The notes: generated from the letters alone by a model not told the origin. A DNA stretch of 64,000 nt from Calditrichota bacterium (GCA_013150955.1 JAADJD010000027.1:33522-97521); one strand, 5' to 3'. Shown: positions 41,282 to 55,114, numbered from the stretch's first letter. Numbers and translations are program-made.

Positions 41282-41962
41282 GTGACCCAATCACAGGTAC
41301 AACACATGGCCGCCAATATCATCACCCTGGCCCGAATTGTGCTGGCATTCGTGGTCATCGTATTGCTTCAAATGGGCTTTTATTACCGGGTGGCCGGCGT
41401 ATTGCTCACCATTCTGGTCATTTATCTGGATTCGCTGGATGGATACGTGGCCCGCCGTTTGGGTGTGGCCAGCGATTTTGGAGCCCTGTTCGACATTACC
41501 GGCGATCGCATCGTGGAGCACGTGTTCTGGATTTTCTTCAGTTCGGTGGGATTGGTCAGCGTCTGGGTGCCCATTATCTTCATCAGCCGGAGTTTTCTGG
41601 TGGATACCCTCCGCAGCGTGGCCTACGCCAAGGAAGGTCGCACCCCGTTCGGTGAAAAGACCCTGATGCGCAGCGCCTTCACCCGCTTTTTAACCGCATC
41701 GCCATTCAGTCGCACGATTTACGCGGTGGGGAAGGTGGTTGCCTTTGTGTTGCTGGGTACCCTGCTGGTATTTCAGGAAGGATTTGCCATGCTTCAGCAC
41801 TGGGTACCGCCTCAACGGCTGGGGGATTTGTATCTGATTACCGAATTGGTCGTCTGGGTAGTGGTGGCCATGAATTTGATTCGTGGCATTCCGGTGCTGA
41901 TCGATGGGCGGTTTTATCTGTTTGAACGCCAGTTCCCCAGGGAATTGAAGGACGAAGGATAA
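41282..41962 (+). CDS. CDP-alcohol phosphatidyltransferase family protein
   Basis: D-x2-DG-x2-AR-x8-G-x3-D-x3-D motif (DSLDGYVARRLGVASDFGALFDITGD). AAGGAGG RBS before GTG 41282 (ATG 41306 also possible). Confidence 0.75.
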   Translation: MTQSQVQHMAANIITLARIVLAFVVIVLLQMGFYYRVAGVLLTILVIYLDSLDGYVARRLGVASDFGALFDITGDRIVEHVFWIFFSSVGLVSVWVPIIFISRSFLVDTLRSVAYAKEGRTPFGEKTLMRSAFTRFLTASPFSRTIYAVGKVVAFVLLGTLLVFQEGFAMLQHWVPPQRLGDLYLITELVVWVVVAMNLIRGIPVLIDGRFYLFERQFPRELKDEG

Positions 41963-42616
41963 ATGGCGCGCTGGGCGGTTTTCGATGTGGATGGTACCCT
42001 GCTGCCGGGTACCTCCATGGAACAGTTGTTTGCGCTTTACTTGCTGAAGCAGGGCCGGATCCCCCTGAGAAACCTATTCCATTTTCTGATCCGTGCCGTT
42101 CGAACCGTTCGGACTACCCGTTCCCTGGATGGCCTGAAGCAGGAGAAGGTGTATTTCCGAGGGCTTCCGCAGTTACAGATTGAGCAACAGGCCGAAGTAT
42201 TTTTTCGGGAACGCATTCTGCCCCGACTGTCCACAGAAGGATTGGACACCGTCAGGACGCGGCGGGATCAGGGATTCCGAATTCTGTATCTAAGCGGTTC
42301 TCCAGATTTTTTACTGAGGGGTCTCCAGCGGCATCTGCCAGCGGATTACTGGCTGGCGGCGACGCTGGAGGTGCAGAATGGGCGCTTTAGCGGGCGTCTG
42401 CTGAAACCGCATCCCTATGGGCAACAAAAAAAACTGTATTTACTGGAATTGCAGTCGTCCCTGGAGATCGACTTCTCCCAATCTGTGGTTTACGCCAATC
42501 ATCATTCCGATGTGCACCACATGGAACTGTTTGCACAGGCCATTGCGGTGAATCCCACTCCCCGCTTGCAACAAATTGCTCGCCAGCGGGGCTGGCCCAT
42601 TGTTTTCTGGATATGA
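41963..42616 (+). CDS. HAD-superfamily subfamily IB hydrolase (phosphatase); candidate partner of the adjacent phosphatidyltransferase
   Basis: Motif I FDVDGTL, motif III/IV …YANHHSD…; start abuts the upstream stop. Confidence 0.7.
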   Translation: MARWAVFDVDGTLLPGTSMEQLFALYLLKQGRIPLRNLFHFLIRAVRTVRTTRSLDGLKQEKVYFRGLPQLQIEQQAEVFFRERILPRLSTEGLDTVRTRRDQGFRILYLSGSPDFLLRGLQRHLPADYWLAATLEVQNGRFSGRLLKPHPYGQQKKLYLLELQSSLEIDFSQSVVYANHHSDVHHMELFAQAIAVNPTPRLQQIARQRGWPIVFWI

Positions 42617-42682
42617 CTCGTCGGGATGAAAAGAGTTAGGTAGAATGTACTTCCATGCAAATTTCCACCCCAATTGTGCTCA

Positions 42683-43045
42683 AACCCAAATAATGCATTA
42701 TACCCAAATAATGCACTAAACTACGAATCACGCGAATAAATCCTAAAAATATCAACCCAAATAAAGCGTTAAACCACGAATCACGCGAATGAAAACAAAA
42801 AATATATTATAAAATCGCGAATAAACCCTGGAACACATTTTCATCCAGACACAATTCAATGTATTTTATTGGTTTTATTTGTGTTAATTCGTGTCATTCG
42901 TAGGCTATTGTTTAATCTGGGATCAATAAAATAGCGATTAAATCCCGGAACACAATTTTATCCGGATATAATCAAACGGATTTTATTATTTTTGTTCGCG
43001 TTAATTCGAGTAATTCGTAGGCGAGTGCCAGATCCGGGTTCAAGG
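42683..43045. repeat. cluster of MITE-like elements, reverse orientation (one full copy about 42771-42935, a second partial copy, stuttered arm fragments)
   Basis: Reverse complement of family consensus. Confidence 0.85.
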
Positions 43046-43373
43046 CAAATGAGTGGAAAATTCCAATGACCACGTGCACGATGAAGGCAGTAAAAATTCC
43101 GTTGATCCTACAGGACGGACTTAATGCTTTAAATTTTCAGAAGTTAGCCTAAAAAATATTCTTGCCTTTCCATTAAAGCCCCTTCCCCCAATTACCGACA
43201 ATTTTTTAATGGGCTTTGCGTGAACGGTGGGTTTTACGGGCGAAAATACCTTAAGCAGTCTGGCTGTCGATCTGTTCGGCCGGACAGGGAATCGGAAGTG
43301 TGCACAATTGCCATTGCAGGTTCATTGAATGGTTTTGCGCAGTGGATGGAAAATTAAAATGGGGGTGTCAGGG

Positions 43374-45662
43374 ATGAACACGTTGCAAAGGCGTTTGTTG
43401 CTGCTGTTCTTTCTGGTTGGTATTGTGCCATTCATGCTGATCGTGGTGTGCAGTTCAGTAAAAAGCCGCGGATATTTTAAAGAACAGCAACTCCGCAATC
43501 TTGAGCAGTTGGCAGACGTCAAAAACACCGCGCTACACGGCCATTATCAATTGCTTCTCCGGAATGCGGAAGCAATGGCGCAATTGCCCGCACTGGTGTC
43601 ATTCCTGCAAACGTACAATCAGTCCGGGGAACGCGTGCTGGATGAGCGGAACAGGGAATACCGCCAGGTATATCAGGCATTGCTTGCCTATCAGGAAAGC
43701 CACTGGGGGGTGTTTCATCACGTATTTCTGGCCGACGCCAGCGGCAGGGTTATTGTCAGTCCAACGCATCTGGCAACCAACACCGATCACCAGGGGGCAT
43801 CCGTCCGCGACGTACCCTATTTCCGGCAGGCATTAAAAGAAACCCGATTTACCGACTATTTTGGATTCCAGGAATCGGATCATTATCACCAGTTGTTACT
43901 ACAACCGGTGTTTGATGAAGCGGGACGGGCACTGGGCGTGCTGGTGTTTGAAGTGGAAATTGAAGAAATTTTAAATTTCCTGAATCGGGACGTGCAAAAG
44001 GTAAAGGGGGAAGGGGTTTTCCTGACCACCCTTTCGGGATACCGCATCACGCGGGATAAGCAGGCGTTCCGCCAGCAGGTGCACAGTCCGGGAATCTCTC
44101 AGGCGCTCACCAGTGGCAAGGCCGTTGGATTTTTCCGCAACGCCGATGGGCAGGAAGTCGTTGGCGTGTACCTCCGCGACGACACCTATCCCTACGTGCT
44201 GGCGGTGGAAATGGATAAGCAGAGTGTATTTGCCTCCGTGAACCGGCACTTCTGGATCATTCTTATGCTGTCCTTTCTGGCCATCGGGGGCATTGGCATT
44301 GCGCTGGCATACGCCGGCAAGCGCATGGCGGAACCGTTGATTGAAATGACCAATGTGGCCAGGCGCATCACGGAAGGGGATTTGAAAAATCGCATTCACA
44401 TCAACAGCACCACCCGCGAGATTGTGGATTTGTCCAATGCCATCAATCACATGGTGGATACGCTGGAAGAATCCCGCGAAGCCCTGCAGCGCCAGAAAGA
44501 ATCCGTGGAAAAAGAAGTGGAAAAAGCGGTGAAGCGCGCAGAGGAAGAAAAGGCCTATTTGAACGAAAGTTTCGCTACCTTGCTGGATGCCATGGATCGA
44601 TTTGCCCGCGGCGACTTGACGGTACAGTTGAAAGCCAATGGTCGCGATGAAATTGCCCGCCTGTTTGAGGGATTTAATCGCGTGGTGCAGATTTTCCGCA
44701 CCATCATCCTGGAATTGAACGAGATGGTCATGGCCACGTTGCAGGTTTCGGAAAACATTCGCATGTCCACGGAGCGGCTGGCGGTTGGAGCCAGCGAGCA
44801 GGCTTCCCAGGCGGGAGAAGTCTCGGCCGCGGTGGAAGAGATGGCTCAGACCATCCTGGAAAATTCCCGCAATGCCAATCAAACGGCAAAGCTGGCGGGA
44901 GAAAACGGTCAGGTGGCGCAGGAAGGTCGCAAGGTGGTGGATCAAACGGTGGAGAAAATCCGGGAAATTGCGGATGTGGTGCGGCAGTCGGCACAAACGG
45001 TGGAACAGCTGGGACAATCCAGTACCAAGATTGGGGAGATTGTTTCGGTGATTAACGATATTGCCGAGCAGACCAATCTGCTGGCCCTGAATGCTGCCAT
45101 CGAGGCGGCGCGCGCCGGTGAGCAGGGCAAAGGGTTTGCCGTGGTTGCCGATGAGGTGCGCAAGCTGGCGGAGCGCACCACACAGGCCACCCGACAGATT
45201 GCCACCATGATCGAGGCCATTCAATCGGAAACCGATGCTGCGGTAAAGGCCATGCAGAAGGGCAACAAAGTGGTGGATGAGGGCATTCAATATGCCGATC
45301 AGGCGGGGCAGGCGCTGGAGAAAATCGTAAACAGTGCCCAGGAAGTGGTGAACATGATTCAGCACATTGCCGCCGCCAATCGGGAGCAGACCACGGCCAG
45401 CGAGCAGATTTCCCGCGGCATCGAAACCATCGCCGCCGTTTCTTCGGAGTCGGCCAATAGCATTTCCCAGATCGTCCAAATTGCCGATCACCTGAAGCAG
45501 TTAACCGAAAAATTGCGCAATCGCATTCGGGATTTTAAAATGGATGGGGCAAATGAGTGGGTGGATCGGACAGCGACGCCATCGGATTCTCAGCCACCGG
45601 AAACACCCGATCCGCTGATCTCCACATTGCCTCAGAACGGTTCCAATGGAAAAGGGGAGTGA
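43374..45662 (+). CDS. methyl-accepting chemotaxis protein with N-terminal periplasmic Cache-like sensor, HAMP and MCP signalling domains
   Basis: TM1 ([18 protein letters not shown]), periplasmic about 280 aa, TM2, HAMP, then highly conserved MCP domain (…[31 protein letters not shown]…). Confidence 0.88.
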   Translation: MNTLQRRLLLLFFLVGIVPFMLIVVCSSVKSRGYFKEQQLRNLEQLADVKNTALHGHYQLLLRNAEAMAQLPALVSFLQTYNQSGERVLDERNREYRQVYQALLAYQESHWGVFHHVFLADASGRVIVSPTHLATNTDHQGASVRDVPYFRQALKETRFTDYFGFQESDHYHQLLLQPVFDEAGRALGVLVFEVEIEEILNFLNRDVQKVKGEGVFLTTLSGYRITRDKQAFRQQVHSPGISQALTSGKAVGFFRNADGQEVVGVYLRDDTYPYVLAVEMDKQSVFASVNRHFWIILMLSFLAIGGIGIALAYAGKRMAEPLIEMTNVARRITEGDLKNRIHINSTTREIVDLSNAINHMVDTLEESREALQRQKESVEKEVEKAVKRAEEEKAYLNESFATLLDAMDRFARGDLTVQLKANGRDEIARLFEGFNRVVQIFRTIILELNEMVMATLQVSENIRMSTERLAVGASEQASQAGEVSAAVEEMAQTILENSRNANQTAKLAGENGQVAQEGRKVVDQTVEKIREIADVVRQSAQTVEQLGQSSTKIGEIVSVINDIAEQTNLLALNAAIEAARAGEQGKGFAVVADEVRKLAERTTQATRQIATMIEAIQSETDAAVKAMQKGNKVVDEGIQYADQAGQALEKIVNSAQEVVNMIQHIAAANREQTTASEQISRGIETIAAVSSESANSISQIVQIADHLKQLTEKLRNRIRDFKMDGANEWVDRTATPSDSQPPETPDPLISTLPQNGSNGKGE

Positions 45663-45731
45663 TGGTTCCCGGATGACGCATGCCAGTTGCTCGAAAATCG
45701 ATTCGCCCGGATCGCACGGTGTCGATAATCG

Positions 45732-45762
45732 CCCGTCCCTGCAGGACGGGTGCGCTGTTTTA
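45732..45762 (+). terminator. putative terminator after the MCP gene
   Basis: Hairpin CCCGTCC-ctgca-GGACGGG followed by TGCGCTGTTTT (weak, interrupted T-run). Confidence 0.35.
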
Positions 45763-46267
45763 GGTGGATTTGAGGGGAATGGGGAACCTTCGCGGCCGGT
45801 TTCGGGCAGGCCAGGGGGCGTTCCTGATCGGCGGTGCCGGAAAATGTAAACACCAGGAGAAAACAGTTGGTTTTCGGAAATTTTTTGTGTAAAATTTTGA
45901 AAAAGAAAAATGGGATCAATATCGGGGTTACCTGCCTGGAGCCAGAAATAATGGCACCTGACGTCCGCTGAACAGCAGTCCATTTGGGATAAAAAGGCTT
46001 AAAACAGAGAAGCAAGAATGGCGGTTTGCCTGTTGGAAAAATCGCGGCGGTGTTTTTGCAGGTTCCCCGAACACACGGAATAAAAAGTGAGCAAGGGAAT
46101 CGCCGAACCATCCGGGGGCCAGGATTCCAGAGATGGTGAAAGCGTGTTTTTTGCCCTGGAGCAGGAAGGTGCCAGATGCGACTTTCTAACCGTGTTGCAA
46201 AAAGTAGGGGTAGGTATTATATTTGTAGGCTTTAATTCAATGAAAGAAAATAAAATAAGGTTGATCT

Positions 46268-47650
46268 ATGCAGTTTAATATCGAAGAAGTCAGTCCCAGC
46301 AAACGGAGAATCAAGATCACGCTGGAGCCGGAAGAAGTTGGCCAGATTGAAACCCAGGTGGTTCGCAAGTATCAGAAAGAAGTCCAGGTACCTGGATTTC
46401 GTCGCGGCAAGGCACCTGTGGGGATCATTCGCAAACGGTATGAAGAGTCCATTAAACTGGACGTGATTGAGGAGGCCATTTCCCGATTTTATGGCCGGGT
46501 ACTGGACGAGAGTAAGCTCAATCCCATTTCCCAGGGGAAAGTGACCGATATTCAATTCGAGGATGTCCAGAAAGGCATGGAGATTCAGGTGGAAGTAGAG
46601 GTTGAGCCGGAGATTGAGCTGAAAAAGTACAAGGGATTAAAGGTCGAAAAAGATATGGTGATTGTCACCGAGGCCATGGTACAGAAGGTATTGGAGGATT
46701 TGCAGGAGCATTTTGCCATAGCCAGGGATGTGGATGAAAGTAAAGAAGGCCATTGGATTACCTTCGACATTCAGCAGCTGGGCGAAGGGGATGTGCCCAT
46801 TGTGGGGCGAAAGTATGAAAATGTGACCGTGAGAATTGGCTCCGGCGATTTTGATCCCGAACTGGAGAAGCAGTTGATTGGTGTGAAGGTCGATCAGAAA
46901 GTGGTGGTGCGGCGAACCGTTCAGCCACCGGAAGGAGCAGAGGATCAGGCGCCGCGGGTGGAGTCCTATGAAATTACCGTGAAGGCGATTCAGGAAAAGG
47001 AATATCCGGAATTGAATGATGATCTTGTAAAAGAGCTAAACGAAGAAAACATTGACACGCTGGAAGATTTAAAGGTGGCCATTCGCAAAAACTTGCAGCG
47101 GGAATTGGAAGAGCGGAGCCGTCGGGAGTTTATTGATCGATTGATCCTTGAAGTATTGAAAGAAAATCCATTTGAAGTTCCAGAAGGTATGGTCGAACAT
47201 TATCTGGATCATATTATTGACGACCTGAAACGGCAGTCTGATGATCAGCCAATTGATGAGGCAGCGATTCGTGAAGCGTATCGGCCTGAGGCAATTCAAA
47301 GGGTTCGCTGGATCATCATTAAGAATAAGATCATCGAAATCGAGAACCTGTCCGTATCCGAGGAAGAGATCGATGAGGCCATTGACAAGTTGGAAATTCC
47401 AGAAGATCAGCGTGAGCAACTGCGGCAAATCGACGCATACCGATGGCAGCTGGCTCATGATTTGTTGGACGAAAAGGTGATCCGATTGCTGGAGCAACAC
47501 GCCGAGATTATTGAAGTGAAGCCCAAATGGATAAAGGAGGAGTACGCATCGGTTTCGGCTGAACCAGAAAAGAAAAAATCCAAAAAGAGCGGAACCAAAT
47601 CCCGTAAAGGAAAGAATCAGAACAAAGGGAAAGACGATTCAGAAACATAG
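46268..47650 (+). CDS. tig: trigger factor
   Basis: Full-length three-domain conservation (…GFRRGKAP…). Acidic/lysine-rich C-terminal tail. Confidence 0.92.
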   Translation: MQFNIEEVSPSKRRIKITLEPEEVGQIETQVVRKYQKEVQVPGFRRGKAPVGIIRKRYEESIKLDVIEEAISRFYGRVLDESKLNPISQGKVTDIQFEDVQKGMEIQVEVEVEPEIELKKYKGLKVEKDMVIVTEAMVQKVLEDLQEHFAIARDVDESKEGHWITFDIQQLGEGDVPIVGRKYENVTVRIGSGDFDPELEKQLIGVKVDQKVVVRRTVQPPEGAEDQAPRVESYEITVKAIQEKEYPELNDDLVKELNEENIDTLEDLKVAIRKNLQRELEERSRREFIDRLILEVLKENPFEVPEGMVEHYLDHIIDDLKRQSDDQPIDEAAIREAYRPEAIQRVRWIIIKNKIIEIENLSVSEEEIDEAIDKLEIPEDQREQLRQIDAYRWQLAHDLLDEKVIRLLEQHAEIIEVKPKWIKEEYASVSAEPEKKKSKKSGTKSRKGKNQNKGKDDSET

Positions 47651-47680
47651 CCAAATTGAGCAAAAGGAGGGATCACGTTT

Positions 47681-48274
47681 ATGGCGTTAGTGCCAATTGT
47701 TATTGAGCAAACCGGACGGGGTGAACGTGCGTACGACATTTACTCCCGGTTGTTAAAAGAGCGCATTATTTTTCTGGGAACACCCATTGACGATAATATC
47801 GCCAGCCTGATTGTCGCCCAATTGTTGTTTCTGGAAGCGGAAAATCCGGAAAAAGACATTCACCTGTATATTAACAGTCCGGGTGGAATTGTCACCGCCG
47901 GTCTGGCGATTTACGATACGATGCAGTATATTAAACCCGATGTGGTTACCTACTGCATTGGGCAGGCGGCCAGCATGGGGGCCATTTTGCTGGCGGGTGG
48001 TGCCAAAGGCAAACGCTTCGCATTGCCCAATTCGCGGATCATGATTCATCAACCGCTGGGTGGTGTGGAAGGTCAGGCGACCGATATAGATATTCATGCC
48101 CGTGAGATTTTAAAGATTCGGGAGCGGTTGAATCGCATTCTGGCGGAACGTACCGGTCAACCCATCGAAAAGATTGAGCAGGACACCGACCGAAATTTCT
48201 TCATGAGCGCCACAGAGGCCAAGGAGTACGGGCTGATCGATAAAATATTAAGTCGCCGGGAAAATGAAAAATAA
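47681..48274 (+). CDS. clpP: ATP-dependent Clp protease proteolytic subunit
   Basis: Catalytic triad contexts (…GQAASMGA…, …IHQPLGG…). Confidence 0.95.
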   Translation: MALVPIVIEQTGRGERAYDIYSRLLKERIIFLGTPIDDNIASLIVAQLLFLEAENPEKDIHLYINSPGGIVTAGLAIYDTMQYIKPDVVTYCIGQAASMGAILLAGGAKGKRFALPNSRIMIHQPLGGVEGQATDIDIHAREILKIRERLNRILAERTGQPIEKIEQDTDRNFFMSATEAKEYGLIDKILSRRENEK

Positions 48275-48289
48275 TCAGAGTGAGCCTAT

Positions 48290-49537
48290 ATGACCAATAA
48301 GAAGAAGTTTAATCATGAGATTCAGTGTTCCTTTTGTGGCCGCCGGGCCCATCAGGTGGAGCAATTGATTACCGGGATGTCCGCCAGCATATGCGATGAA
48401 TGCGTACGCAGCGCCTCGGAAATTTTGAAGAGCTCGCGCTATCAGCAATTGCAAACCGGTGATTTTAAACTCCCCAAGCCAAAAGAAATCAAAGAGTTTC
48501 TGGATCAGTACGTGATTGGCCAGGAAAAGGCCAAAATTGCGCTATCGGTGGCGGTGTACAATCACTACAAGCGGATCACGTTTGGGGAGTTTGATGATGA
48601 TGTGGAAATTGAAAAGAGCAATATTTTGTTGATTGGCCCCACGGGTGTGGGAAAAACCCTGCTGGCCCAGACGCTGGCTCGCCTGTTGCACGTCCCCTTC
48701 TCCATTTCCGATGCCACCACCCTTACCGAAGCCGGGTATGTGGGAGAAGATGTGGAGAATATCCTGGTGCGATTGTACCATGCCGCCAATTTTGAGATCG
48801 AGGCGACCGAACGGGGCATCGTGTACATCGATGAGATCGACAAGATTGCCCGAAAGGCCGGTAGTCCATCCATTACCCGCGACGTGTCCGGCGAGGGCGT
48901 CCAGCAGGCGCTGTTGAAAATCCTGGAAGGCACCGTTTCGGCCATTCCACCTAAGGGGGGACGGAAACATCCCGAAGCTCCCATGGTGCACATCAACACC
49001 CGGAACATTCTGTTTATCTGCGGGGGAGCTTTCGATGGGCTGGCCGAAATCATCAGTCGCCGCATTGGTAAAAAAACCATGGGATTCCATGCTGAATTGC
49101 AGGATCGCAATCTGTTCAAAAGCAGCCGAATTTTTGATTATGTGGAACCCGAAGATCTGATCGAATACGGGTTGATTCCCGAGCTGGTGGGACGATTACC
49201 AGTGATTGTGGGGCTGCGCGAATTGAGCGATTCGGAATTGCTTTCCATTCTGGTGGAACCAAAGAATTCCCTGATCAAGCAATACAAAAAGTTGTTCGAG
49301 CTGGAAGGGATAGAGCTGAAGTTTACCGAGAAGGCCTTGCAGGAAATTGTAAAACTGGCTCAGAAACGCAAGACAGGCGCCCGTGGTTTGCGAAGCATTC
49401 TGGAAAGCGTGATGATGGATGTGATGTACAAGGTGCCTTCCCTGAAGAATGTTCGGGAATGCCTGATTACCGAAGACGTTATTCTGGGTAAAGCGGATCC
49501 TGTGTTAAAAATGGACGATTCCCGCCAGTCCGCTTAG
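48290..49537 (+). CDS. clpX: ATP-dependent Clp protease ATP-binding subunit ClpX
   Basis: N-terminal C4 zinc finger (CSFCGR…CDEC), Walker A GPTGVGKT, sensor motifs. Confidence 0.95.
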   Translation: MTNKKKFNHEIQCSFCGRRAHQVEQLITGMSASICDECVRSASEILKSSRYQQLQTGDFKLPKPKEIKEFLDQYVIGQEKAKIALSVAVYNHYKRITFGEFDDDVEIEKSNILLIGPTGVGKTLLAQTLARLLHVPFSISDATTLTEAGYVGEDVENILVRLYHAANFEIEATERGIVYIDEIDKIARKAGSPSITRDVSGEGVQQALLKILEGTVSAIPPKGGRKHPEAPMVHINTRNILFICGGAFDGLAEIISRRIGKKTMGFHAELQDRNLFKSSRIFDYVEPEDLIEYGLIPELVGRLPVIVGLRELSDSELLSILVEPKNSLIKQYKKLFELEGIELKFTEKALQEIVKLAQKRKTGARGLRSILESVMMDVMYKVPSLKNVRECLITEDVILGKADPVLKMDDSRQSA

Positions 49538-50054
49538 ATCGAGGATGAGGGTGTGATTGCCTTTCCCCGGCATATGACGTGTACACTGGAATGGCGGTAG
49601 GATTGAACGGATAGATCACCATTCCGCATTGACTGCTCCGATAACCTCAAGGTGTTCGATGCGTGGCTGTTTAAATTCCCGGATTCTGCACTTTTATCGG
49701 ATTTCACCTTTCATTGGATTGGGGTTGAATGGGAAGGCAAATGATTTCCCCGTTTTCTCGCTCGTAACAGGCTTCCTGGAATTTTCCATCTCTACTGACA
49801 CCCTGAAAGGCGAATGGTCACAAATTCAATCAAAAAAGATGGGTAAAATTGTTTTATTTTAGAAAAAATGGGTTGCATCTGTAAAACAGGATTGGGTTTT
49901 GTTCGCATTGGCGGGATCCAGGAAAAGGGTTTAATCCGGTAATGGGTAATTTTCGCATATTCATGTGTGTTTTTTAAGGATTTATTTTTATTCATGTCAC
50001 TGGGTGACTGAAAATACAATCAAGATGTATTAAAAGCAGAAAAGAGATAATACG

Positions 50055-52400
50055 ATGAAATATCAACGCATTTTAAAAGGGGATGAAGTTCTGGACATTC
50101 CAGAGACGCTGCCGGTGATCCCCGTGCGCGATCAGGTGATTTTCCCTTACTCCGTCGTTCCCTTGCTGATTGGTCGGGACAAGTCCCTGAATGCCCTCAG
50201 CGCAGCCTACGAATACGACAATCTGATCTTGCTTTCCAGCCAGAAGAATGCCGACAAGGAGGAGATCAAAGCGTCCGATATTTATCGCATCGGAACCGTG
50301 GGAAAGGTGCTTCAGGTTCTGGATTTGCCGGATGGATTGATGAAAGTGGTGGTGGAAGGCATTATCCGCGCCCGCATCCGACGCTTTCGCCGGCATCCCT
50401 ATTTTTTTCTGGCAGACATCGAAGTGTACGATGAAGAGGAAGATTTTCCCGCGGCAGCACGGGATAAACTCAAGCAGCTGTTTTATTACTTTGACGAATA
50501 CGTGAAGTTGGTGCCGGATCTACCGTCGGAAATCGCCGAGCATTTGCGGCAACAGGGGGATCCCTACCGTATGATCGATTTTGTGGCGCTGCACCTGCAA
50601 ACGGACATCGCCGAAAAGCAGAAAATTCTTAAAGAGATTGACGTCAGCAAACGCCTGCGGTTGTTGATTTCGTTGCTTCAGCGCCTGATCAGTTACGAAC
50701 GCATCCGGGCGGAAATCGATCAGCAGGTGCAGGAGAATTTGTTGAAAAACCAGCGGGACTATTACCTGCAGGAAAAACTGCGCATCATCAACCAGGAGCT
50801 GGGAGAAGAAGAAGAGGAGTCTCCGGAAATTAAAAAGCTGGAGAAGTTGATTCGAAAGGCGAAGATGCCCCGGCAGGCGCAGGAAAAAGCGTTCGAGGAA
50901 CTGGACAAGTTGCGGAAAATCCCACCCTTTTCTCCGGAATATACCGTCATCCGGAATTATCTGGACTGGATGGTACAGGTGCCCTGGAGCAAACGCACCC
51001 GGGATGAAACCGATATTTTAAAAGCCAAAAAGATTCTGGATGAAGACCATTACGGATTGGAGAAGCCCAAGGAACGGATTGTGGAGCATCTGGCGGTGTT
51101 GCAGCGGGTAAAAAAGATAAAAGGGCCGATTTTATGCCTGGTGGGCCCACCGGGTGTGGGGAAGACTTCTCTGGGAAAATCGGTTGCCCGGGCTCTGGGA
51201 CGAAAATTTGTGCGCGTCTCGCTGGGTGGGGTGCGCGATGAGGCGGAAATTCGTGGTCACAGGCGAACCTACATCGGTTCCATGCCTGGAAAAATTATTC
51301 AGAACATGAAACGTGCCGGCACGGTGAACCCAGTGTTTTTACTGGATGAGGTGGACAAGATGAGTATGGATTTTCGTGGCGATCCATCGGCGGCGCTGCT
51401 GGAAGTGCTGGATCCCGAACAGAACAAGGCGTTCAACGATCATTATCTGGATGTGGATTACGATCTCTCCGAAGTCTTTTTTATCACCACGGCAAATGTT
51501 CAGGCCAACATCCCACGTCCGTTGCAGGATCGCATGGAAATCATTGAATTGCCGGGCTATCTGGAGCACGAAAAGGTGGAAATTGCCCGGCGCCACCTGA
51601 TTCCCCGACAGTTAAAGGAAGCCGGGTTGAAGAAGCACGAATTACAGATTACCCGGGAAGCCATTCTGCGGATGATCCGGGAATATACCCGGGAAGCCGG
51701 GGTGCGGAACCTGGAGCGTCAGATTGCCACCCTGTGCCGGAAAAGCGTACGCAAGTTGGCCGAACATCCGGACTTGAAACAGATTGTGGTCACCGAAGCC
51801 AATCTGGAATCATTTCTGGGCAAACCCACTTATCTGAATCGCCATTTTTCTCTGAAGGACGAGGTGGGTGTGGCAACAGGATTGGCCTGGACGGAATACG
51901 GTGGCGATGTGCTGCGGATCGAGGTCACCATTTTCCCAGGAAAAGGCCAGTTGATTCTCACCGGCAAGCTGGGGGAGGTCATGCGAGAATCGGCCCAGAC
52001 GGCGGTGAGTTACATCCGTTCCATTGCCACCGAACAGGGAATTCCCCGGGAAAAATTCGAGAAAAACGATATTCACATTCACGTACCGGAAGGGGCTATT
52101 CCCAAAGATGGGCCTTCGGCGGGCATCACCATTGCCACGGCAGTGCTGTCGGCTTTTCTGGAACGGCCGGTGCGGAACGCGATCGCGTTAACCGGAGAGA
52201 TCACCCTGCGGGGAAAAATTCTGGCCGTGGGTGGACTGAACGAAAAATTACTGGCAGCACAGCGAAATGGTATTCCAACCGTTATCGTGCCCCGGGAGAA
52301 CAAGAAGGAAGTGGATGACCTTCCTCAGGAAATTCAGGAGGGGGTGACCATCCTCCAGGTCGAAGACTATCGGGAAGTGATGGAAAGGGTGTTTGTGTAA
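50055..52400 (+). CDS. lon: Lon protease (LonA)
   Basis: N-terminal LON domain, AAA+ (GPPGVGKTS), C-terminal Ser-Lys dyad (…DGPSAGIT… / …[12 protein letters not shown]…). Confidence 0.95.
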   Translation: MKYQRILKGDEVLDIPETLPVIPVRDQVIFPYSVVPLLIGRDKSLNALSAAYEYDNLILLSSQKNADKEEIKASDIYRIGTVGKVLQVLDLPDGLMKVVVEGIIRARIRRFRRHPYFFLADIEVYDEEEDFPAAARDKLKQLFYYFDEYVKLVPDLPSEIAEHLRQQGDPYRMIDFVALHLQTDIAEKQKILKEIDVSKRLRLLISLLQRLISYERIRAEIDQQVQENLLKNQRDYYLQEKLRIINQELGEEEEESPEIKKLEKLIRKAKMPRQAQEKAFEELDKLRKIPPFSPEYTVIRNYLDWMVQVPWSKRTRDETDILKAKKILDEDHYGLEKPKERIVEHLAVLQRVKKIKGPILCLVGPPGVGKTSLGKSVARALGRKFVRVSLGGVRDEAEIRGHRRTYIGSMPGKIIQNMKRAGTVNPVFLLDEVDKMSMDFRGDPSAALLEVLDPEQNKAFNDHYLDVDYDLSEVFFITTANVQANIPRPLQDRMEIIELPGYLEHEKVEIARRHLIPRQLKEAGLKKHELQITREAILRMIREYTREAGVRNLERQIATLCRKSVRKLAEHPDLKQIVVTEANLESFLGKPTYLNRHFSLKDEVGVATGLAWTEYGGDVLRIEVTIFPGKGQLILTGKLGEVMRESAQTAVSYIRSIATEQGIPREKFEKNDIHIHVPEGAIPKDGPSAGITIATAVLSAFLERPVRNAIALTGEITLRGKILAVGGLNEKLLAAQRNGIPTVIVPRENKKEVDDLPQEIQEGVTILQVEDYREVMERVFV

Positions 52401-52623
52401 TTTTCTGGAAGACATTTGGGTAAGCTTCCCTTCATCAGGATTAACCGCTGGGCTGGATTGAGCTGCATGTGGGCGTCCTTTTCCGGAACAATTTACCTGC
52501 CAGACTTTGACAGTTATTTTTTGTAAATCATTGTTTTTATTGAATCGAAATCTCAAAAATTGCGAAAGTTGTCCGCAGGTTTCTTGGGTTGCAAGAAAGG
52601 AATCGGATCGGGGAACACGTGTT

Positions 52624-52868
52624 TAACCCGGATGATGCATTAGACCACGAATTTCACGAATTAACACAAACAAAATTAACCCAGATTAAGCAATAGCCTA
52701 CGAATTACACGAATTAAGACGAATAAAACCGATAAAATACATTGGATTGTGTCTGGATGAAAATGTGTTCCAGAGTTTTTTCGCGATTTTGCAGATATTT
52801 TTTGGCTTCATTCGCGTGATTCGTGGTTTAACGCTTTATTCGGGATTATTTGGGTTTAATTTACTTGA
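52624..52868. repeat. MITE-like element, forward, with a duplicated left arm
   Basis: Identity to family consensus. Confidence 0.85.
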
Positions 52869-52912
52869 TTGGCAGTTAAAAAATGGGTCTTAGTTTTGAG
52901 GACTATGAAGGG

Positions 52913-52950
52913 TAAAAGAAAAAGGCTCCCATTGGGGAGCCTTTTTGTAG
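52913..52950 (-). terminator. Rho-independent terminator downstream of groEL
   Basis: Minus-strand stem GGCTCCCC-aatg-GGGGAGCC followed by TTTTTCTTTT. Confidence 0.6.
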
Positions 52951-52969
52951 TTGCAAGAGGGATGGTCGA

Positions 52970-54610
<1,641 letters not shown>

Positions 54611-54901
54611 TTATTTTTCAATCACAGCCAGAATATCGCTTTCCCTTAAAATCAGGTACTCCTGACCATCAATTTTAATCTCCGTACCCGCGTATTTTCC
54701 GTAGAGGACCACATCGTCCACCTTCACCTCCAGCGGTACCCGTTCGCCTCGCTCATCCAGACGACCCGGTCCAACGGCCATTACCTGACCTCGCTGAGAT
54801 TTTTCTTTCGCCGTGTCCGGTAAAATGATACCTCCCGGAGTTTTTTCCTCTTCTTCCAGAGGCTTCACGACCACGCGATCCGCCAATGGTTTCAGTTTCA
54901 T
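54611..54901 (-). CDS. groS: co-chaperonin GroES
   Basis: 96 aa, mobile-loop region and canonical GroES conservation. Confidence 0.95.
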   Translation of the reverse strand: MKLKPLADRVVVKPLEEEEKTPGGIILPDTAKEKSQRGQVMAVGPGRLDERGERVPLEVKVDDVVLYGKYAGTEIKIDGQEYLILRESDILAVIEK

Positions 54902-54950
54902 GTCCCCCTCCTTTTTAATTGTTTATTTTTGATAAATTTAATGCGAAAAT

Positions 54951-54977
54951 TTAGCACTTTTTGAGTTCGAGTGCTAA
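54951..54977. promoter_or_regulatory. CIRCE operator (HrcA binding site) TTAGCACTT-N9-GAGTGCTAA
   Basis: Near-perfect 9-bp inverted repeat with 9-bp spacer, directly downstream (minus strand) of the groES promoter. Confidence 0.8.
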
Positions 54978-54978
54978 T

Positions 54979-55006
54979 AATTTAATTTTTATTTTCCCTT
55001 TGTCAA
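54979..55006 (-). promoter_or_regulatory. sigma-70-type promoter of groES-groEL (TTGACA-16-TAAATT, minus strand)
   Basis: Minus-strand -35 = complement of 55001-55006, -10 = complement of 54979-54984; CIRCE abuts the -10. Confidence 0.55.
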
Positions 55007-55114
55007 GAGAAAAGTAAAATTCCCCATCCGCCCCCTGGCTATCGAAAGGTGTGAAGACGGTTGCAAGTGGTGTCGATTTTATCTATATTGGCAAAAATGA
55101 AATGCGAATGACGG

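Noticed and set aside
43971-45491. 506-aa minus-strand ORF
   Set aside because: Antisense to the conserved MCP signalling domain; repetitive Gly/His/Leu composition, no domain.
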